NCBI RefSeq assembly: GCF_009914755.1
Contig: NC_060937.1
Strand: one strand, 5' to 3'
Length of the DNA stretch: 64,000 bases
Origin: the human T2T-CHM13v2.0 reference genome, Homo sapiens
The notes below the pieces were generated by a model that did no database searches, was not told the DNA's origin, and was given only the letters and a program-made list of their open reading frames with translations. Positions 1 through 14,702 of this stretch are shown piece by piece. How positions within the stretch are numbered: the first letter of the stretch is position 1; each line of letters opens with the position of its first letter. The translations under genes and the position numbers were made by a program.

Positions 1-651
<651 letters not shown>

Positions 652-674
652 AAAAAAAAAAAAAAGAAAAAAAA

Positions 675-905
675 GAAAGTGTGTAGCACCCCCTACCACC
701 CTGCCTTCTGTTCCTCCTGCTCCAGCCATGTAGGATGTGCCTGCTTCCCCTTCGCCTTCCACCATGATTGTAAGTTTCCTGAGGTCTCCCCAGCCATGCT
801 TCCTGTACAGCCTGCAGAACCATGAGCCAATTAAACTTCTTTTCTTTATAAGTATTACCCAGTCTCAGGTAGTTCTTTATAGCAATGTGAGAAGTGACTA
901 AAACA
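675..905 (+). mobile_element. MSTA-type MaLR LTR, 3' half
   Basis: cctgcttccccttcgccttccaccatgattgtaagtttcctgagg...cagcctgcagaaccatgagccaattaaac...ctttatagcaatg...actaaaaca, diagnostic of MST/THE1 LTRs. Confidence 0.9.
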
Positions 906-1554
906 GAGGACAACACAAAGATGAGGTATTGACAACCAATGTTAACAGTGGGGCCTCTCCCCCACCAGATGGATACAGTCATTCTACCTTTCCCCGATTT
1001 AAAACATTACTGTATCATATGTTAACTTCCTAAATAGATCAGAACCCGCCTTTAGACTTACTATTCAGTTCTAAGGCATTGTGCTACATGCTAAGGTAAA
1101 GCTGAGAACAAGGCAGCCCCAGTACTTGCCACTATGAAATCTACAGATATACCTCATCTTGCCTATTTCTGATAAACTTTCTTTTACGAATAAAGATGCA
1201 AATATTTGCTTCCAAACAGTTTTCTCAAATATCCACAACATCCCTGGCCAAGATATATGACTGTAAATGAACAAAAAGAGAAAGCATGTACCAATTTCTA
1301 AGTGATGAAAGTATTATTACTACAATCTCACATTTATGTAGCCTAATCTTCAAGTTTAAAATATCTTACTAGTTCTGACTGAACCAGAAAAGAAATCTAT
1401 AAATCCCAGGACCTTATCGTACATTTGGGTCATGGCCCACCATTTTGCTTCCTGTGGCAGTGGTAAGAAAAGAACATTCCTCTCTCTTTCCCTACAAAAC
1501 AACTCATTTTGTTCACAGGAATATGGAGGAAGGCATATAAGAAAGTACTCAGTG

Positions 1555-1686
1555 AGCTGGGTGGGGTGGTGCATGACTGTTGTCCCAGTTACTCAGGAGG
1601 CTAAGGCAGGAGGATCACTTGAGCCCAGGAGTCCAAGTCTAGGCTGGGCAATACAGTAAGACTCCATCTCTTAAAAAAAAAAAAAA
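1555..1686 (+). mobile_element. Alu monomer (FLAM/FRAM-like)
   Basis: Single Alu arm with A tail. Confidence 0.85.
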
Positions 1687-1978
1687 CTGCTCAGTGAAGA
1701 CTTGATGAATTGAGGTTTGGTTCCTTTTAAATGCCTCTTATTTTGTCACATTCATCTCAATATATTTAGGAAAGGAGAAATGGGAGATGACAAAACAGTA
1801 CTAAATCCAGCAGATGAAACAGAAAATGTAATTTTCTTCTCCATGTAGGGCTGTAGTTTCTGAAGGTAATACAGTTTAAAACCAAGTTAGGGGCGTTTTA
1901 TGCCCCCACATCCTCAGGATTAGGACACTGCCTAAAGCTGTGCTGCAGCAAGGTCCTACTGGATGGAGACACACGCAC

Positions 1979-2159
1979 CTGTAAGGGTGATGTCATCATC
2001 ATCATCGTCTATGATTTCTTCTTCAGCAACATCCAGTGAACTCTCAGTAATCATGTCATTGGGCTCTTCCACACAGGCTAGACCGGCATAACTATTGAGA
2101 ATATCAGCACCAGGAACATGTTCCACAATTACGGCAGGAAAAATAGCTGGATCACCAAG
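1979..2159 (-). CDS. ELF1: ELF1 (E74-like ETS factor 1) second coding exon, residues 25 to about 85: acidic transactivation region with LxCxE motif
   Basis: Translates to LGDPAIFPAVIVEHVPGADILNSYAGLACVEEPNDMITESSLDVAEEEIIDDDDDDITLT, which I recognise as the ELF1 N-terminus. Polypyrimidine tract plus AG acceptor (ct at 2160-2161) and donor ACAG|GTGCGT (ac at 1977-1978). 181 nt, starts in phase 0, matching the preceding exon. Confidence 0.97.
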
Positions 2160-2357
2160 CTGGGAAGGGTTAGGGAGAGGAAAATGAAAACAAAGGATTA
2201 ACACAGTTTTGCTTTTGTTAAATAATGCTCAAAACTATTTTATACTAGCCATCAATTTAATTTTTAGATCATCAGGCTGTATCTCTATAATCTTTCTAGG
2301 CATTAGGTAATTTGTATCTATTACAACCAAATAATGGCATTAAAATTTAAAAATGAA

Positions 2358-2676
<319 letters not shown>

Positions 2677-3084
2677 TTAATGCATAAGCATGAACCAAGA
2701 AGTGACATACAAATAAAATGTTAATTAAATCAAATCTCAATAAAAGTTTTTTGGCAAAACAAAAAAATCTGTGAGCTTAATATTACACTGTCGCTTGGCA
2801 CAAAGGCTGTGTTTTAACAACAGCTTTTGACTTAAGTGGGAAAATTAACCCTCATTTTCTATTATTGTTCTTTTCAAGTATGGCTATATTAAGAGTATAA
2901 ACTATAAACTATTACTCCTAATGTCTAGTTATAATATCACAGAATTTTAGAATGGAAAGGACCCATACAATTTAATGTAAGTCAGCTACCTCATCTTATA
3001 GATGAGGAAACTGACCCAGAGAGGGTTTTTAACAACCTACTAAAAACTCAGTTAATTAGCGGCAAACCTCATTAAGATACTACT

Positions 3085-3990
3085 TCCTTTATCATTTTGA
3101 GATAATCGCAGACTTATAAAAGTTGCAAAAACAGCACAAATAATTCCCATACAACCTTCACCCATATTCCCTCAGTTCTAACATTTAACCACATCTATTT
3201 ATCATTCTCTACCTATATTGTTTTCTGATGTGTTTGAAAGTGTTAGACATATTGCTTCTTAATCCTACTTTGTGTTAATTTCCTAAATATAAAAATACTA
3301 TCTAATATAAAGACAGCATAATTATCAAAACTAGGAAAATAACATTAATACAATACTATTATCTAATCTTTAGACATTATCCAAATTTCTAATTGTCCCA
3401 CTAATGTCCTTTTAAAAAGTTAAAAAAAAATCTTTTTTGGTTATAGGTTTCCTTTAGTAAATATCATGTTTCTTAATAACTCCTTTAACCTGGAACAATT
3501 TCTTTTCCTTTAATCTGAGAAGTTCTTTGCTCTTTGTCTTTCACAATCTTGACACTTTTGAAGAGTACAGGTCATCTGTTTTGTAGAATGTCTACCAATT
3601 TGGGTTTGTATATTTCCTTATGATTAGATTCAGTTTGCATTTTTGGTAGGAATACCAAAGAAATAATGTTATGTTCTTTCAAATATATCATGTCAGGGGG
3701 TCCAAAATACCTATTTGTCCCCCCATTGCTGGGGATATTAATTTTTAATATATATTTATGTTCATACTATTGAGACAGGGTCTTGCTCTGTTGCCCAGGC
3801 TGGACTCGAACTCCTGGGTTCAAGTGATCCTCCCGCATCTGCCTCCCAAATAGCTGGGACTACAAGTGCATGCCTCCATGCCTAGATTAATTTTGATCAC
3901 TTAGTTAAGGTAGTATCTACCAGGTTTCTCTATTATCAAGTTACTAATATGTATCTTGTGGGAAGTTAACTCAAAACTATGTAAATTTTA
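3085..3990 (-). mobile_element. Old L1 (L1M-type) 3' fragment interrupted by an antisense Alu monomer (about 3770-3886)
   Basis: Degenerate L1M 3'-end motifs (aaagttgcaaaaacagcaca; ttttgtagaatgtc; gcatttttggtaggaatacc). Confidence 0.6.
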
Positions 3991-4555
3991 TGTTTCTTAA
4001 CTAAACACTTCTCTATAAAGAATCTTCTCTTTTTCTTTGAGATGGAGTCTTACTTTGCCGCCCAAGCTAGAGTGCAGTGTGGCGATCTTGACTCACTGCA
4101 ACCTCCGCCTCCCAGGTTCAAGCCATCTTCTTAAATGTAAGAAAAAGTTCCTGCTCATAGATAATAATGCCAGGCACCTTGCTATTTTCCTTAAGTAAGT
4201 CTGCTATATTCAAAATATTATTTATGGTTTCATTGCAACTAAGCAGCCTCAATCTTTTAAAATTAATGTTTACAAAACTACACACTGAGGTTAGACATTA
4301 CTTCTGTCATAATAATTTAATTACCTAAATTAAATACACATTGTAGGTGCTAAACAGATAATATCCTTGCCTTCGAGAATGCTATGTTCTGAAATTTATG
4401 GTTAATAATCCTAAAACACATTTGGATCGTTTTATTTCAAAATCTTTCTTCCTGTTTTAGAAAAGAGGAAGCTAGCTAGAAAAGTAACTGGCTCTTCAAA
4501 TAGTAAAACAAATTTTAAAACAGAAACTAGGAGGCTCAAAAATTATACTATAGAA

Positions 4556-4735
4556 GCCAGGCCTGGTGGTATGTGCCTGTAGTCCCAGCTACCTGGAAGG
4601 CTGAAACAGGAGGATGGCTTGAGCCCAGGAGTTCAAGGCTGTCCTGTGCTACAATCCCATCTGTGAATACCTACTGTACTTCAGCCTGGGCAACACAGCA
4701 AAACCCTGTCACTGAAAAAAAAAGAAAGAAAAAAA
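4556..4735 (+). mobile_element. FAM (fossil Alu monomer)
   Basis: Monomer retaining the 7SL-like ctgtgaata..cactg segment plus A tail. Confidence 0.75.
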
Positions 4736-5504
4736 TTATACCGTAACTCACATAAATACACTTCACACACCTTAAAGAAAAGTGTAGCTAGCCTTCCCTT
4801 TCCCTTTTTTGACAGGTAAATTGTAGACATGCAATCCCACCTAGCATAAACATGGACTTGTTAAAACACTTTTCCTTTTCTTCTCTTCTAAAAGCTCAAT
4901 TAAGCTCCTGGTCTTCTAACAAGGCTTAGTCCAGAATTAAGCACTTTTATGCTGCAAAAACCCATGTACAAGGTAGGAACAGAGCTCATCACTTCATCCA
5001 CTGATAAGTCAGAGACAGGCGTGTAAAATGCAATTCACAGGAGCAGTTCTCACCCAAATGAAACCAAAGTATTCCTCCCTAACCAAATCTATTTGGCTCC
5101 TGTAGCTTGGGTAGAGAGTGCTAATGTGTACATAACAAGGGATACTTCCAAATTTTTGAGTCTATACAGTTCTTGAGTTTTGGTTAACCACAGATACTTG
5201 TTACTACTTTATTCCTTGTCCTGTTCTACTAACCAGTAGTTACTCTATTCTCCAGAATTCTCCTTTATAATCAATGTCACTTCTACCACAGTGCCCTTCC
5301 CAGAGGCAATCACTGCTACCAATTTCTTTGTTCTGTTACTGTACAGACAGTAAATGTACAGTCAGGCATACTCCAAATTGCTTTAAACAATCATAATTAA
5401 ATTCAGTTTAAATTTAATAATTTTTAAACTATTTAATAAGGAAAATTTCAAACACACAAACGTCAAGAGAAAAAAACGTTTCCTTTGAAGCAAAAGGTTT
5501 ATTA

Positions 5505-5857
<353 letters not shown>

Positions 5858-6776
5858 ATGAAAAGAGACACATGGTTCTGTGATTTAGAAGGCAGCCACA
5901 TGTAGCAGAAAAGAAAAACTGGGAACCAGGAGACCTAGGGCCTTCTCCAACCCTGATTTCATGACCTTATTTTCTGAACCTTTAAATGAATGAAGAGCAC
6001 CAGTTGATCCTACAGGCCCTTCCAGGTTTTGCTTTGTTAATATTTTGAATTCATGGATTCTACTGTCTGAGCTTATAACATTTCACGAGAAGAGATTATT
6101 CACTCTTACACACTAAAATGGGAGAGTAGCATGCACTGTGGCCACATAGCTGCTGCCATTGCTATTAACCAACATTTAATATGCACGAGACATTTTGCAC
6201 ATTGCTTTACGTGAATTATCACTCTATTTAATCATCACAAAATGCTATGATGGAGACACACTGGACTATCCATTTTACACATGAGAAAACAGAGGCAAGG
6301 GAAATAATCTACTCCAAGTCATAAACCTAACTTGAACTGACTCCAGGGTCCATGTCCTTTACTTATACACTATTGTAGTCAGCTTTAAACATAGTAGATT
6401 TGTTCTGCTGGCATACTTACTTGGCTCTGTTTAGAAAACCAGAATAATTAAGGAGCTGTGTTTGAGGTGGAGGTATGAGTTTCACTATTATTTCCAAGGC
6501 TTCACCAATCAGAGTCTATAACAAAATTTCTCATGGGAATAGCCAGTTCTTCTTGGTCAGCAGGGCACTTCCCAGGATCACTCCTAATTTAGTCCTACAG
6601 CCTTCTCCTTCTGAGGTACTTGCTTTTATCATGAAAGGCATGGTCCATTCTTTTCTAGTCCACTGACATGGGATGTATATTCAAAGTTGTTCATCTCTAG
6701 TTTCCCCAGGATGCTATTAATCCATATATAAGAAAGAGACCAACTTCAGATTTTCATAAGAATATGAATAGTTAGG

Positions 6777-7075
6777 TGCTGGGCGCAGTGGCTCACGCCT
6801 GTAATCCCAGCACTTTGGGAGGCCGAGGCGGGCGGATCACGAGGTCAAGAGATTGAGAACATCCTGGCCAACATGGTAAAACCCTGCCTCTACTAAAAAT
6901 ACAAAAATTAGCTGGGCATGGTGGCATGAGCCTATAGTCCCAGCTACTCAGGAGGATGAGGCAGGAGAATCACTTAACCCAGGAGGCAGAGGTTGCAGTG
7001 AGCCAAGATCGCACCACTGCACTCCAACTTGGGTGACGGAGCAAGACTCCGTCTCAAAAAGAAAAAAAAAAAGAA
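6777..7075 (+). mobile_element. Full-length Alu (AluS-like)
   Basis: Alu consensus; TSD-like aagaatatgaata / aagactatgaata. Confidence 0.95.
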
Positions 7076-7427
7076 AGACTATGAATAAGTCAGGTAAGAG
7101 GCTTGAATCTGTATATACAAAATACATTTAGGAAACACCTCTCAGGTGACTAGAAAGATTCTTCCCACTCTACTACCATAAATAGAAAAAAAATGCACAC
7201 TCCTGAAACTCCAGCTGCTGATCTGGGCTCATGATGAACTGCTTTGTAAACTGGATTGACTAGTAACTGGCTAAAGTATGAGTCATCAAGAACCTAAGAA
7301 CTCTAGAACCACACATTCTACAATTCCTTCTAGAGAACTGCTTCCCTACCTTTTAAAGAAATAGTAAAATTTCAAATGCTGAATTTTCCTAGGTTTAGAT
7401 TTTCAAAACAAATAAAATATTGGGACT

Positions 7428-8185
<758 letters not shown>

Positions 8186-8465
8186 TAGGACTTAATTTAA
8201 TTTGGTTTTAAGTCTGTCATTTAACAATTTGTTCCCTCTGCCCGAAATAACTTGTATAAACTAGTCTTTTCATTGTTTCTAAATTGAGATTGGATATTAC
8301 TCTTCAGGTTTCTTTGCTGAAGATCATCAAATCTTACCCACCTCAATTTTTTCCACACCATTTCAAACAGACCCTTTCCCAAGATTTATTTAAAAGATGG
8401 GCTTCAGGAAGATAGCAGATATTCATAAAATAGCCACACTCCTAATAGTAAGCAATAAGATGTTA

Positions 8466-8786
<321 letters not shown>

Positions 8787-8994
8787 GAAATGAAGGTTTC
8801 AATGCTTCTTTGATGCCTTAACAAAAACATTACATTCCATTTGACTGGCTGCTACTTTAAAAAATGACCTTCCAAACCTTCCAAACACTTCTAAAAACTC
8901 TCATCATTTAAATAATTAGATTAAGCATCTTTTCTTTTATTTGCATCATGAAATCTAATTAAATTCTACTGGTGCTTATCAATTTTCGCTGTAC

Positions 8995-9136
8995 AGTGGG
9001 AAACATTTAAGAATATCAATATTTGACCCCACATGGGATAAAATAAATCAGACTATCTGGGGGTGTGACCAGAGCCTAATATTAAAGCTCCCCAGGTGGG
9101 TCCAATTTGCATCCAGGCTTCAGGACCACCGCTCTG
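8995..9136. mobile_element. MER5A-like hAT DNA transposon relic
   Basis: aatcagactatctggggg...aagctccccaggtg...ccaggcttcaggaccac. Confidence 0.6.
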
Positions 9137-10429
9137 AAGAATGACAACATTCAAAACTGCATTCCCTAAGTTGAGTCAGCTCTAATTATTCTTGCTAAGA
9201 TCTGGGATATTAGTAATTCAAACAATTACATTTTTATATTATTAGATCTTTTGCTATTTGTCACTTGCAGATTATTTTCCCCTTTGGTTTTTGAACAGAA
9301 CCAAAATAAACCACAAACCATGGGAACAAGAGAGGGAAGATCTCCTGGAACTAAAATCTATCAAAGATCAGGGTTTCCAAAGCTTCAATATCTAGAAGCA
9401 AATTACTGCAGTGATAAAGTAATTTTCAATTGTTTCATAACTTTCTTGAAGGTCTTAACAGCTCCAAAGAGATTTCCCCTTTCTATTAATTATAGATAAA
9501 TTTAGGATATATGTTGAAAGCAAAATTTCAGCAAACATTTTTGGAGCAATAATAAAATTCAAACCAAGTTTTAGCAGAAGAGAGTCACAGTTCCCCAAAT
9601 TTCAACATTGTCCACGATATAGTTTCCACTTGTGGTTGATCACGTATGTGGCAATACCATCAAGTTAAAAAGAGAAGGAAAGCGACCAATGTAAGCAGGA
9701 CATTATGTGACTCCCCTAACTAGGCTTGCTTGTTCCACATACCACAATCCAAGGTCCTATGTGGATATTTCAGAAACCATGAATCATTATTCCAACTTCA
9801 TTAATAATTTTGTTCATCAAGTTTTTGGGTATCAAAAAGCACAAGAACTTTCATATAACTTGTTTACCAAGTTTCTCTAATAGCAGAACTCAATCTGGTA
9901 TATGGTGATTGTGAAACATCCCATCAAAATCCTCTCTAAAATAGCTTAAAATGAAATACCTACAAAATATTTTCCCAAAACAAAAAGCAAGTTAAATTTA
10001 GTCTCTAGCATTTTTCCAAAGCAGACACTACTTTTTAAAGACAGGTGCAAAATGAGCACACCTTCGAGTAGTTCACGCAACATCTTTGCATCAAGGCAAG
10101 AAAACACCAAGAGGGGTCTGGTGCCTTACTCCTCCCACAGTCTTCAACAGCTCCCCTGACTCCAAAGCCTGTCCAATAAGCACACAAATTAAACACTGCA
10201 CTTGCTATGAAAACACATCTTTGAGACAAATCCCTGTGCCCAGCCTTCAAATCAGACTGAGGCCCCAAAGCCTTATCCTATGAAGACACTGCTTTGAGGA
10301 CTTCTGAATTATTCTTGAAATCACTTCCTTTTACATTTGATTTAAAAAACAAAAACCCAGCACCTTACTCTATTACAACACGATCTGACAGTACTTTACC
10401 ATGCAGCAAATGCACTACATACACACATG

Positions 10430-10655
10430 GTGAACAGGGTGTAACAGTAAAAACTCAGGTTCTTATTTAAGGTAGGACTCCACCATGGCCTGGGTATTTG
10501 AACTCATGCAAGTTATCCAGCCTCTCTAAGCTTTAGTTCCTACATCTATTCAAAATAAGAATAATAGTATCTTCTGGAATTGTTGTAAGAATAATGTGTA
10601 AATAAATCATTTGTGATAATGCATGGCATATAGTAAGCAATAAATAAAATGTTTT
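10430..10655. mobile_element. MIR SINE
   Basis: caagttatccagcctctctaagctttagttcctacatct..aaaataagaataatagta core. Confidence 0.65.
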
Positions 10656-10713
10656 GATGATTAAAGCCCTTCAATATTTGATACGGATAGAAATAAACAC
10701 TCTCAAAAACTGA

Positions 10714-11043
<330 letters not shown>

Positions 11044-11872
11044 CTTTTTGTTTATTAATTATTTTTTGCTTTATTTATTATTTCTTTTGCTTTCTTTAAC
11101 CTTTAAGCTTTGTTGGGATTTGATTTTGTTTTATTTTTAATGAGAATAGTCTTTTCAAAACATAGGTGAACAAACCTTAACCATCCACACTTAGCAACAA
11201 CATTTAGCTTCAACTAAAAGCAAATGTTGATACATATGTGTGTTCACTTTGTGAAAATTCATAAACTGCATGCTTATTACCGACATACATTTTTATATTA
11301 ATGCTACACTTCAATAAGAAGTTTAAAAAGCAGAGGTCCATCTGATGGGAGAAACAAAACTTCAAAACATCTTCAAAATACTATGATGGTATTCCTTCAT
11401 TACCTCATATAAACCATGATAAAATTAAAGGAAATCGCTACACACAGTACATCTACATGGATAAACACACACAAAAAATTAGGGTGACTGGTGAACAAAG
11501 TGAAAAGTTGAAATCCTTTCAACAAATCCCCATGGCACATTTTTAATAATTATCTTTGGGAATAAATAATACAGAACATATTTATATTCCAAGAGTATGA
11601 AACATCATTGCTTCCTTTCCATATAGTGCCCCTCCTCAATGGTTTCTACTATTTCTAAATTCCAAAGTGTATTTTAAATGATTTCAGGAATTGATGTATT
11701 ACACAAAGCAAGCTAGGATTGTACAATAGATTTCCAAAGCCCAGTACAAAGTTTTCTGTGAAGAATTCTTCATAGCCAAATTCTCCACATACTTTAAAAA
11801 AATATGCCACTAAAACAGCTCCAAATATTTCTGTTGATTAACTCAAGCTCCCTGTAAACACTTTCTATATTC

Positions 11873-12169
11873 TTTTTTTTTTTTTTTTTAGACAGGGTCT
11901 TGCTCCGTTGCCCAGGCTGTAGTACAGTGGCACAATCACAGCTCATTGCAGCCTTGACCTCTGGGGCTCAAGCAATCTTTCCACCTCAGCGACATGAATA
12001 GCTGGGAGAACAGGCATGTGCCACCACACCCAGCTAATTTTTGTGTTTTTTGTAGAGATGGGGTTTTGTCATGTTGCCCAGGCTGGTCTCAAACTCCTGG
12101 GCTTAAGCAGTCCATCTGCCTCAGCCTCCCAAAGTGCTGGGATTACAGACATGAGCCATTGCGCCCAGG
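11873..12169 (-). mobile_element. Alu (AluJ-like)
   Basis: Antisense dimeric Alu with T tract. Confidence 0.92.
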
Positions 12170-13702
12170 GACCTATTCCTTATTATAAAATAAAAAGCAG
12201 TTTTAGCAACCAGGCAGAAAAGTTTATGTAGTTGTAGTACCCACTGCTCAACACATTGGTCTAAATTATAAGAACATCATAGTTTTACTGACTACAGGTG
12301 TAGTACATGAGTCTAGTTCTTAAAAATGTTATACATAAATGTATTTGGGAAAAAGTAAAAAATCGCACTAATCCTAGATATAATCAGTATAAAAGACAAT
12401 TTACTTAATAGTCTTCCATATTCTCTTTTTCCTTTATGGTTCTTTTTCTCTCTTATACCCTAGCATAATGGTTAAGAGTTTGGGCTCTCTCAGGTCAGTC
12501 AATTTCAATACAAGTGGCACTTTACAGTTGTGTGTTTCTGGGTAACATGCATTCCTTCAACCTCTTTGAGATTCCTCATTATACATGTTTTCCTTACTTG
12601 TAAAATGGGGATAACAAGAGTTGTCACACCATACAGGCTTTTAAAGATGAAAATATAAAATGCATATCACGTGCAGGGCCTGGCAAGGGTAAGAGACAAT
12701 AAGTGTTCATTAATTATTAAACAGCACATAAATTTTTAGATTAGCCTAGTGTTTATATGTGTGTATGCAAATTCTGCCAGGTTTTGGTATCAGTGTTATG
12801 TCAGTTTTGTAAAACTGAATTAGGAAACTCTCTCTGAACCGAAACTGTTTAAATTAGTTCATTAAATTTTTAAGACAGGGTCTCTGTCAGTGAGACTCCA
12901 GGCTAGAGTGCAGTGGCACAATCATGGCTCACTGTAGCCTCTACCTCCTAGGCTTGAGATCCTCCCACTTCCGCTTCCCAAGCAGCTGAGATCAGAGGTA
13001 CAGGCTGCCACATCATGCTAATTTTTAAATTTTTTTGTAGAGATAGAGTCTTACTATGTTGCCCGGGCTGGTAAAGTTGAAAATCACTCACTCACGAAAC
13101 TATCTGGGCCTACAGGTTTTGTGCATGTGGGGATTGTTCCCTGGCAATTTCCTCAGTTTCTTTCATTGTTACTGGCACATTTTCAAAGAAAAAAAAATCT
13201 ACATTATTACCATTCCAAAAACTTAAAATATTTCAATGCATTAGCTCAAATGATATAGCAAATCCTTATACTGTTCTGCATTATCCCATCATCCCTTAAA
13301 ATATAAACAAACAAATCAAGTGTCGTCAAGATTAATGAGGAAATTAACGAACAGCTAAAAGACAAATTATCCTCTAGTTGATACTCTAAAAGAGTGTTAC
13401 TAAATCAGAACTGGAATCTAGACTTATTTAGTAATTCAGCTAGGTTACTTTGAACAGTAATTACTCTGGATGCCTTTGTAAGCTTGCCCTACAAATCTAT
13501 CACAGGTGAAAGATTCTAATACAGGTCTCCTAGTCACTTAGTAATAAATTCAAGATAACATTATACTATAGAAAACGGGAAAAATACGATCTCTATCATA
13601 CAGTGACTTGTAAGAATCCAAGTGTATACAGAAAAGACTGTAAACTACAAAGAGCTGTACAAGATGTTAGGCAGTGTTATCTTTACATTGTATTCAAGAC
13701 TA

Positions 13703-13820
13703 AGGCAAGTAATGTTTTCTTGGCATGGAGGTTAACATGCAAAGATGCTGCTTTGGATGTTAATCTTCGTGCCAAGTATGTTTGGATGTTAACCTCCGTG
13801 CCAAGAAAACATACTTGTCT
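13703..13820. repeat. Inverted repeat plus tandem duplication (three copies of a 25-35 bp unit)
   Basis: 13703-13738 is the near-exact reverse complement of 13786-13820. 13752-13776 and 13781-13805 are direct repeats. Confidence 0.9.
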
Positions 13821-14402
13821 CTATTAGCCTCCTTACACTTCCCAATGGCGTTTGTTCTCTAATATCCTCATTTTTATGGATTATGTACCTGCTATAAATG
13901 TCACATAGATAAACATGTGGTTTAATTAAGGGGAAAAAAGGATTCAAGTGTCTGGTCAATGTACTTTCAACTAAAAAAACTCACTACAGCGCTGTGTAAA
14001 AAGTGTTCTCTAGTCTCTGTCTTTGGGAGTCTTTCAATATAATAAACTATAAAATAGAATACAGTGGTACCCCTAATGTAGTGATGACGGAAGCAGCTAC
14101 TATGTTAAGGACGTCATATGGCTTTATCCACTCAATCCCCACAACACTAGGCTATATATTATTGACACATACTAGTCACCCAGCCAGAAAAAGCTGAAAT
14201 CTGAACCCAAGCAATCTGACTCTAGAGTCCACAAGTTTAACCACTACCAGTACAGGATCCTATAGATAAACTACTTAGAATTTATTACTAAGTCATAATG
14301 AAAGTCTCATTTCAATTAACGCTTGGATAAAAAATGTATATTATATATAGATTGATAGTTATCTTCTAAATGATCACTGTATTAGACCTACAGCTGAAAC
14401 AA

Positions 14403-14702
14403 GTTTGTTTTCTTTTTCTTTTTTTTTGAGACAGGGTCTTACTCTGTCACCCAGGCTACAGTGCAGTGGCAAGATCACAACTCACTGCAGCCCCCACCTC
14501 CCAGGCTCAAGTGATCTTCCCACCTCAGCCTCCTGAGTAGATGGGACCACAGGCAGGCACCACAACACCCAGCTATTTTTTTAATAGAAACGGGGTCTCC
14601 CTATGTTGCCCAGGCTAGTCTCAAACTCCTGGGCTCAAGCGATCTTTCTGCCTTGGCTTCCCAGAGTGTTGTGATTGCAGGCATGCGCCACTGCGTCTGG
14701 CC
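14403..14702 (-). mobile_element. Alu (AluJ-like)
   Basis: Antisense dimeric Alu. Confidence 0.92.

Noticed and set aside
1956-2204. 82-aa ORF as a stand-alone gene
   Set aside because: Only 1979-2159 is the ELF1 exon; the flanks are intron read-through past the splice sites.
13752-13805. Direct repeats as a CRISPR-like array
   Set aside because: Eukaryotic intron, only two direct copies, 4-nt spacer, no cas genes.
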